Of a stretch of 64,000 nucleotides of DNA, positions 52,201 through 61,200 are shown piece after piece. This DNA comes from Octopus sinensis (Eukaryota), in the NCBI RefSeq assembly GCF_006345805.1, contig NC_043004.1:92752001-92816000 (forward strand), given 5' to 3'. How positions within the stretch are numbered: the stretch's first letter is position 1; each line of letters opens with the position of its first letter. The notes under the pieces are model-generated. The model saw only the letters and a program-made list of their open reading frames with translations. It did not search any database and had not been told where the DNA came from. Position numbers and translations under genes: made by a program.

Positions 52201-55200
52201 AGTACCAGTTGAACACTGGAGTCAATGTAATCAACTTACCACCTCCTCGAAATTGCTGGCCTTGTGCTAAAATTTGAAACCATTATTATTATCATTATTA
52301 TTATTAGAGTGTGAGAGCAGTGCCTGTTACCAAAGTGACACTTGGGTAAAATATACAAAGCCCAGTGTAACCATCATAACTACCCATACGATAAGGGTAC
52401 ACCAGGCACATGCATCACAACCCTATGTGCGCGACATGGTGAACGCATATCAAGATAAACAGCACATGACCTTGCAGGTGGGACCCAGTTAGAATTTTCT
52501 TCAGGTTGAGTAGCTCATTCCATGCAAAAGGTCTCTGAATAAGAGTCATTTAAGGATGTTGAGTGAAACACCCATGTTTCCAGAGGTAAATTATCCAAAC
52601 TCCAAAGAATTCCTCTCAACACATGGCTATGATACTCCCCCACTACTCCTGCTTGTGATCAGTGATGCACATATCGTCAGCTACTAAGGGACATGCTCAA
52701 CTGGTTATGGTCAAACAACTGACAAGCAAATCTGTGGTATGGAGCAGAATATTTGCTGTAGCCCATCTTTTTTACCAAGACAAAACAATGTACATGATAA
52801 CACTTCCAATCAGTTAAGATCAGAAGCCATGTAAACAACTGTCTTGTATTGCATCAGGGCATTTATTATTATTGTTGTTGTTGTTATTTTTACTTTTAAT
52901 TTGCATATTTGTTACAATCACTTGCCAAGACACACCCAGCATCCTGGGGCAAGTGAAGGATAAGAAATGTTACAGTATGACTGAAAGTTTGGGGAGAGGA
53001 GATAGTGAAATATTTTCATGTAATACAACACAGACATTTAAATGGACAGGGTTTCACTAAGGATGTACCCAGTACTTGTGAGCACAATCTTTTGGATTTC
53101 TCTGAGACATGGTTCTCCTGGGATATTATCTAGATGTTTCTGACATCCCTTTTTTTTACCATACCTAGAGCAGCTACAATAACAGGAACAGTTCTCATTT
53201 TAAGATGCTACATCTTTTGTATTTCAATTTCCAGGTCCTTATATTTACTTAGTTTGTCACATTCCTTGACAGATATATTTTTATCAGTGGGAACACATAC
53301 GTCTATTAGTGTGCAAATATTTTCTTCCCTGTCTTTAATAATTATGCCTGGTTGATTAGTCTAAATTGTTCTGTCAGTGTTGACTGGAAAATCCCAGAAG
53401 ATAGTGACATTTTTGCCTTCAGCAACTGGCTCAGGATGATGTTCGTACCAGTAAGCAGTAAGAGTGCTTGATTTTGTAGTGTTTACATATTTTCCAATAT
53501 AAATACTGTCCTACATTATTGTGGCGATTTTTATATTTGTTTGGTATCAGCACAGGACATCCTAAGACGAGATGGTCTATTGTTTCGTCAAATGTGTCGC
53601 AGAATCTGCATTTAGGGTCAGAACCGTTTCGAAGAACATTAGCCTGGTATTTTTTTGTGAGCAAGCTTCAGTCTTGTACTGCCAGTATGAAACCTTCAGT
53701 CTCTGCTTATTGACCTGAACTTTTCAGCCACTGATGGGTTATTGCTTGATCTACATTAACTTTTCATGCAGAGGCTTCTGGCTCCATTGCTCCTCAATTT
53801 TTTTCCGCCTGTTCTTTTTTGCAGTCTGCTTGATCTATTTTGCTTGTTTTGTGGCAGTGGTTTCAGGTTTTGCAACTATTTCAGGGTTAATGTCAAGTTC
53901 CTTTGCGAATTTGCAAGTTTCCTTGATAATCGAATGTGATTTTTTGCACCTTTTGTGTTTGCACACAAGTCACAGCATCCCATCATCTGTACTAGATAAG
54001 TACCTGTTCATTGCTATTGTGGAGGTCTTATAGCACAGTTCTACCTGCATTACTCCTCTTCCCCCATTATTTCTAGGTAGGTACAGATAATCAACATCTG
54101 CTCTTGAGTGGTGCATGTTCTTAGAAGTTAGTATTTTTCTTGTCTTCCTGTCCAGGCATTGGAGCTCTGTAAGATTCCAGTTAATGATGTTTAAACTATA
54201 TTGGCCTGCTGGAAGTGCCAGGGTGTTTCGATGCAATTTTTAGAGTTGAGTTCAGATTTTAGTATGAGTCTTATTCTCCTGTAATATTCTTTTCTTATTT
54301 TTTCCTTCATAGTAGCATGTTGTATACCATCTCTTTCATTTTTCCGCAGGTATTTGTAATTTTCTTTGGGGTCAAGTTCCTTGATGGTGATGTCAGTATC
54401 TAATTTAATGGAAACTGTTTGCCTCTTACAAAAGTGCTTTAGCACACTTATCAAGGCCAAAGTTCATCCCGATGTCATGGCTAAATTCTTTAGCAGTCCT
54501 ACTAACGCTTCGTCATAATTATTATTATTATCATCATCATTGTCATCATCATCGTTATAAAGGCAGAATTGTTAGTGCACTGGAGAAAATACTTACCAGT
54601 ATGTCATCCATCTTTACATTCTGAGCTCAAATTCTGCCAAGGTCAACCTTTGCCTTCAGTCCTTTTGGGACCATTCAAGCACTGGGGTCAATATAATCAA
54701 CAAATCCCCTCCCGCAAAATTTCAGGCCTTGAGCATATAGTAGAAAGGATTATTATTCTTATAGAGTCATTAGCATGGCAGACAAAATGCTTAGCTGCAG
54801 TTTGTCCATCTTTACGTTCCAAGTTCAAATTCTGCCATGGTCAACTTTGACTTTCATTCTTTTGGCTTGATAAAATAAGTATCAGTTAAATACTCTTCGA
54901 GGTAATCAGCCAGCCCCTTCCAACCAAATTTCATGCCTTTTGCCTGTAGTAAAAAGTATTATTATTATCATTGTCATCATCATCATCATCATTGTCATCA
55001 TCATCGTTATAAAGGCAGAATTGTTAGTGCACTGGAGAAAATACTTACCAGTATGTCATCCATCTTTACATTCTGAGCTCAAATTCTGCCAAGGTTAACC
55101 TTTGCCTTCAGTCCTTTTGGAACCATTCAAGCACTGGGGTCAATATAATCAACAAGTCCCCCCCAAAAAAACAATTTCAGGCCTTGAGCATATAGTAGAA

Positions 55201-55408
55201 AGGATTATTATTCTTATAGAGTCATTAGCATGGCAGACAAAATGCTTAGCTGCAGTTTGTCCATCTTTATGTTCCAAGTTCAAATTCTGCTATGGTCAAC
55301 TTTGACTTTCATTCTTTTGGCTTGATAAAATAAGTAACAGTTAAATACTCTTTGAGGTAATCAGCCAGCCCCTTCCAACCAAATTTTATGCCTTTTGCCT
55401 GTAGTAAA

Positions 55409-55456
<48 letters not shown>

Positions 55457-57096
55457 GATGACGTCAAAATTAGAAGCAATAGCTGCCAAACTAGGATTGA
55501 AAGTCAACCGCGACAAATCAAAAATTCTGTGCATTAATGAAGAAAACAGCAAACATTAAACTAGAAACCAGTGAACTAGAGGATGTAGCCAAGTTTACAT
55601 ATTTAGGTAGTAAGATAACATTTTCAGGCGGCACCGACAAAGATATTAAGACGAGAATAAGTAAGGCAAGGACTGCTTTTCAACCTATTAACAAAAGTAT
55701 GGAGTGCAAGTGTAATTTCAACAAAGAACAAAATAAGAATTTTTAACACTAACGTAAAAGCGGTGTTATTGTATGGGGCTGAGACATGGCGAACAACAGT
55801 TAAGTCAAATAAGCAAATACAATCATTCATCAACAGATGCTTGCATAGTATACTTAAAATTAGATGGCCCGAACACATAAGTAATATGGAGCTATGGCAA
55901 AGAACAAATCGAGTTTCGATTAGGGAGCAAATATTTAAGAAAAAGTGGAAGTGGATTGGTAGCACAATTAGAAAAGACACACCAAATGTAGTGAAAAGTG
56001 CTTTAACAGTGGAAACCGGATGGATATAGAAAGAAAGGTAGGCCTAAGAACTCGTGGCGTAGATCAACACAAAAGGAACTAGAGAAAGAGGGACATTCAT
56101 GGCAGAGTATAAGTACAGAAGCGAAAAATTATGAGACATGGAATTCAATTATAAGTGGCCTATACTCCGCGTTGGAGGGTTAAAGGCAGAAAACAAAGAA
56201 AGATGGCAAGCTGGCAGAATTGTTACCACACTGGACATGCTCAAGTGGTTATGGTCAAGGAACTGACAAGCAAATCTATGGTAATGAGCAGAACATTTGC
56301 TTTAATGATATTTCTACTTTAGCAACTCAATGCTGAATCTGTCTGAAATGTAATGGAAAATGAGTCAGTTTCAAAACATTGATGTTCAAGTCACAAGAGC
56401 AAAGTTTGCAGGGTATAATAGTCATATCCTTTCATTTCTAGATAGAAGCAAGTAGGAAATAACACTTACTGACCAAAGACATAAAAATAAAAAATTTGTT
56501 ACACAGTGTAAGGCTTGTTTCTCTAATACTATATCTTAGCAGGTGAGGTTCTGAAGATTCTACCAGTTTTTACCATTTCTAATATCACCCAAACACCACT
56601 TGAAGGTCTATACCAAGTGGTCAAGCTGTCATTGTTTAACCTCAGATCAGTTCTGATTCTTCAGCAAATCTTTAATCAAAGGAATTCCAACAATAACCAT
56701 TCTACTGTTTTATTTTTCATACATAGTCTATCTTGAGTTATATTATCTAACGTATCTTACCTTATTTTTTTTTTTTTAAGGTGGTAGTATGTGTTTCATG
56801 GAGATTTGTCTGTTATTTTTAGCAGATCAAGACATTTCATCTGATTGTCGTTGTGTTGCTGTTCTAAGTTTTCTGAAATATAACAACCACCTAAATCTGT
56901 ACACTTTTCCAAATCTCTCTTCAGGGAATGCTGTGGTCATTTGCTTTACTTTCGGTCATCAGTCCACCAAAAACAACTCCACGTGGCAATACCACTGCTG
57001 TAAGTACTTTATCCCCTTGACTTTCTCTAGTTACCTACCCATCACATGATGTCCCCCAGCCTACCTAAAAAATAAAAGTATAAAAAGGATCTCTCT

Positions 57097-57189
<93 letters not shown>

Positions 57190-58189
57190 TTTAACAATTA
57201 AGGATAACTTCTTAATAAGGGATCTTAACAAGAAAATTATCAGGTAGTTAGTGTGAAAACCTCATAAAAGAAAAGAATTCGAAAATAATTTTTTTCTTTT
57301 GAACAAATTAATTATATCTATATTGTATAGAGGGCATTAATACACATAAATGCCTTACACTAAGAGGGACAAAGTCATTACTACCAAAATTACACTAATC
57401 ATACCCAAATGCAGTTCCTCAAAGCAAGACATTTAAAAAATGAATTTAGTTCTGTATCACCGTGATTTCACATTTAACTTACGTCTTATGATCCTCAGCA
57501 GAACTGATTCTGAACACATCATAAATAAACCACCAACCTTACCTAGCGAAGACGAACAGACATCTATTCACTCCGGCCAAGCACATGGAATGTTTATAAA
57601 TCATTCGGTAAATGGCGGGCTTTTTCCAACTGCATGTCGGGTAGGAAAAGTATTTCGGAATAAGTTTAACAATTAAGGATAACTTCTTAATAAGGGATCT
57701 TAACAAGAAATTATCAGGTAGTTAGCGTGAAAACCTCATAAAAGAAAAGAATTCGAAAATAATTTTTTTCTTTTGAACAAATTAATTATATCTATATTGT
57801 ATGTTTTCACGCTAACTACCTGATAATTTCTTGTTAAGATCCCTTATTAAGAAGTTATCCTTAATTGTTAAACTTATTCCGAAATACTTTTCCTACCCGA
57901 CATGCAGTTGGAAAAAGCCCGCCATTTACCGAATATATGATTTATAAACATTCCATGTGCTTGGCCGGAGTGAATAGATGTCTGTTCGTCTTCGCTAGGT
58001 AAGGTTGGTGGTTTATTTATGATGTGTTCAGAATCAGTTCTGCTGAGGATCATAAGACGTAAGTTAAATGTGAAATCACGGTGATACAGAACTAAATTCA
58101 TTTTTTAAATGTCTTGCTTTGAGGAACTGCATTTGGGTATGATTAGTGTAATTTTGGTAGTAATGACTTTGTCCCTCTTAGTGTGAGGC

Positions 58190-58224
<35 letters not shown>

Positions 58225-61200
58225 ACTTATAAATAAGGGCAAACGAAAAAATTTCTAATGCCAAATATGCCGAAAATTGAACATATTGTCCATTTCCCAT
58301 ATAATTTTTTTTCCCCCAGTATGCACACTACTCGAAAAAAGGCCGACAGAAATCTCTAAAAAATTCCATTATTACCATATCGGACCAATTTCAGGGTTAG
58401 TTCAAAAAGAACCCTCCCTTCATCAGTGATACATGTGGCAAAGAAGTAAATGAGATACTTACTCATACCCATGGTATATATATATATATATAAGGATACT
58501 ATTGTTCATAATAATATCAGTGGCTTTGCATGCATAAAAAAAACCATAAAGGTAAAAATCATCAATTAATAATCAAGGATACTAACAGGCAGTACCAGCA
58601 TGCTGAAATGGCAGTCAAAATGACCAAACCACAAGTTCTCACTTAAGCACAAAGATGAAGGCAAGCAAATGAACACTGATATTATTATAAACAATGATTT
58701 CTTACATATTTATATAATTTTTTATTCACTTTGATCACCTTTTTAAATTTGCTGTGGCATTAAAAGCAGTCATCGCACACATTGGTTGAGATGAGCAAAC
58801 TCTTCAACGCTGGATCAGTTAGACTCACTGAAGATGAACTCAGAGTACTTCTCAGAGTTTGAAATCATGACGATATGGGTATGTCTGACTTTTGCAGTTT
58901 TCGTTTTTATTTTCAGCATTCGTATGGGGCCTTAGGGTTTTTGTTCATTTGCCCTTCCTTCACCTTTATGTTTAAGTGAGAACTTGTGGTTTGGTCATTT
59001 TCACTGCTATAATAGCATGCTGGTACTACTTGTTAGTACTTTTAACTATTAATTTAAAAATATATGTATACATACATGTATGTGTGTGTGTATGTATATA
59101 TATATATATATATTTCTTTACTACCCACAAGGGGCTAAACACAGATTGGACAGACAAACGGATTAAGTTGATTACATCAACCCCAGTGCATAACTGGTAC
59201 TTAATTTATCGACCCCGAAAGGATGAAAGGCAAGGTCGACCTCGGCGGAATTTGAACTCAGAACGTAATGACAGGCAAAATACGGATACGCATTTCGACT
59301 GGCGTGCTAACGTTTCTGCCAGCTCGCCACCTTTTATTATATATATATATATACATACACTCACACCACATACACACACGCATGCATTTATGAATTTGTT
59401 TTGCAAGCTTCTTGATCTGAAATCATTGTGTTGAAACATATATTGTTAATTTTCAGGATAGTCATTTGTTTCTTTCCCTTGTCAAATAAATACATGCACT
59501 GTTTATTTGTTTTTCACTTGTTTAGCATTGTTCTTATTTAACTTATGTCCATTGTCCAGAAACCTTTCGACACACATTTGTGACCTCTTCAGGGTCTGTT
59601 CCATCAATGTGTTTCCTCCATTGATCAGCTGACACAGTTCCAGTAATATATATGTACATATATATATCCTTTTTTCCTCCCACTCTTCCTGGAAGGGCCA
59701 TGAGGGTAGCATTCTCAGATACCTCTTTTCCATAGAGCCCTATTAGAAGCAACTCTCATTAGATTTTCTGGCTGAATTCCTAACATTGGGTATACAATTT
59801 GATGAATGAGCCACAAGGTTATTGTTAGAGCTGCTAGTACAAGTAGCAAAATCCTCCTGATACCACACCTTACTGTTTAAAAAAAAAACTAGCAGATGCA
59901 GCTCAGATAACAGCTGTACAGAACACTTCTGATTATAGATTTGTTGAAGCCAGGCTGACGAAGAACCAAGCAATGTGAATAAAAGATGAGATGATCACAG
60001 TTGAGATGCCTTTTTTATCATAGATCCACAGGATCAGGACTGATCTCCTTGGAACAAATCAAAAACAAGCAATCAGTATAAAATACATTATTTTTTTTTC
60101 TTTTAATTCAGTGTTTTTTTCCCTTGTTTGTATTTTGAAGGTTTCAATTAATGACAACCCTTTAGGGTGCTTGCCATTTCAAGACAATGCTTATACACCA
60201 ATGTACAGCTGTGACATGGCCAAAGAGATGGGAATCATGGGAACAATAAGTCTCCTGCTCACTCTACTTAACATCGGCTGCATATTCCTAGTTGGTGTTG
60301 TCATGTTGAAGGTAAATGATCTGCTATACTCATTTGGTTTCACATTCTTCTTCCCTCTATGTTATCTGTTTTTCATTTTTTGGCTTTGGCTATCTGTTTT
60401 GTTAATGTGTGTGTGAGTGTGTGTTTATCATTATTTTTTTTTGTCTTTCTGTTTACTGCTGTTCATCTTAATTTATACAATCTGAATTTGAATGAATTTA
60501 TCACTGATATTATATTCTTTAGTCTCTTTTACTTGTTTCAGTCATTTGACTGCGGCCATGCTGGAGCACCGCCTTTAGTCAAGCAAATCGACCCCAGGAC
60601 TTATTCTTTGTAAGCCTAGTACTTATTCTATCGGTCTCTTTTGCCGAACCACTAAATTACTGTGATGTAAACACACAAGCATTGGTGTTTATGTCACAGT
60701 AACTTAGTGGTTCATTTTGGCCGCCATGGGTTTTGCAGTAAATCACTAAATCATCCATAACTTTTGTATTATCCTCTCAAATTACACCAAAATCTCAGAC
60801 AATAACAATTAATATCGTATTTATTGTGTGTGAAAATTATAGAATATAAAACAACTTTGATAAAAACTTATATCTACTTTTCTGGCGAAAACAATGCCGT
60901 TCTGAACATCTTGGCCGCAACTGTATATACATATATACGATAGGCTTCTTTCAGTTTCCGTCTACCAAATCCACTCACAAGGCTTTGGTTGACTTGAGGC
61001 TATAGTAGAAGACACTTACCCAAAGTGTCACGCAGTAGGACTGAACCCGGAACCATGCAGTTGGTAAGCAAGCTACTTACCACACAGCCACTCCTATGCC
61101 TAATTATAATCACTAATATCTTGAAAATATTTTTGCTATGAATTTTATTATTTCAAAGCACATTTACTGTTCTTTAAAGTAATAAAATGACTCTAAACAG

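Larger units (their letters stand above)
57186..58195. mobile_element. Penelope-like direct-plus-inverted repeat structure (palindrome 57346-57734 / 57803-58195; direct repeat 57186-57328 / 57661-57802)
   Basis: Arms of 389 and 393 bp with a 68-nt spacer; hammerhead in each arm; (TA)n on both sides. Confidence 0.8.

Noticed and set aside
57186-57802. Tandem hammerhead pair able to excise a 475-nt circle from the direct repeat
   Set aside because: The duplicated 142 bp does not include the ribozyme, so there is only one same-strand hammerhead per unit at this locus.
60111-60140. Upstream alternative acceptor (ttcag at 60107-60111) for exon 12
   Set aside because: It would add 29 nt and break frame; the segment is itself the pyrimidine tract for the AG at 60139-60140.
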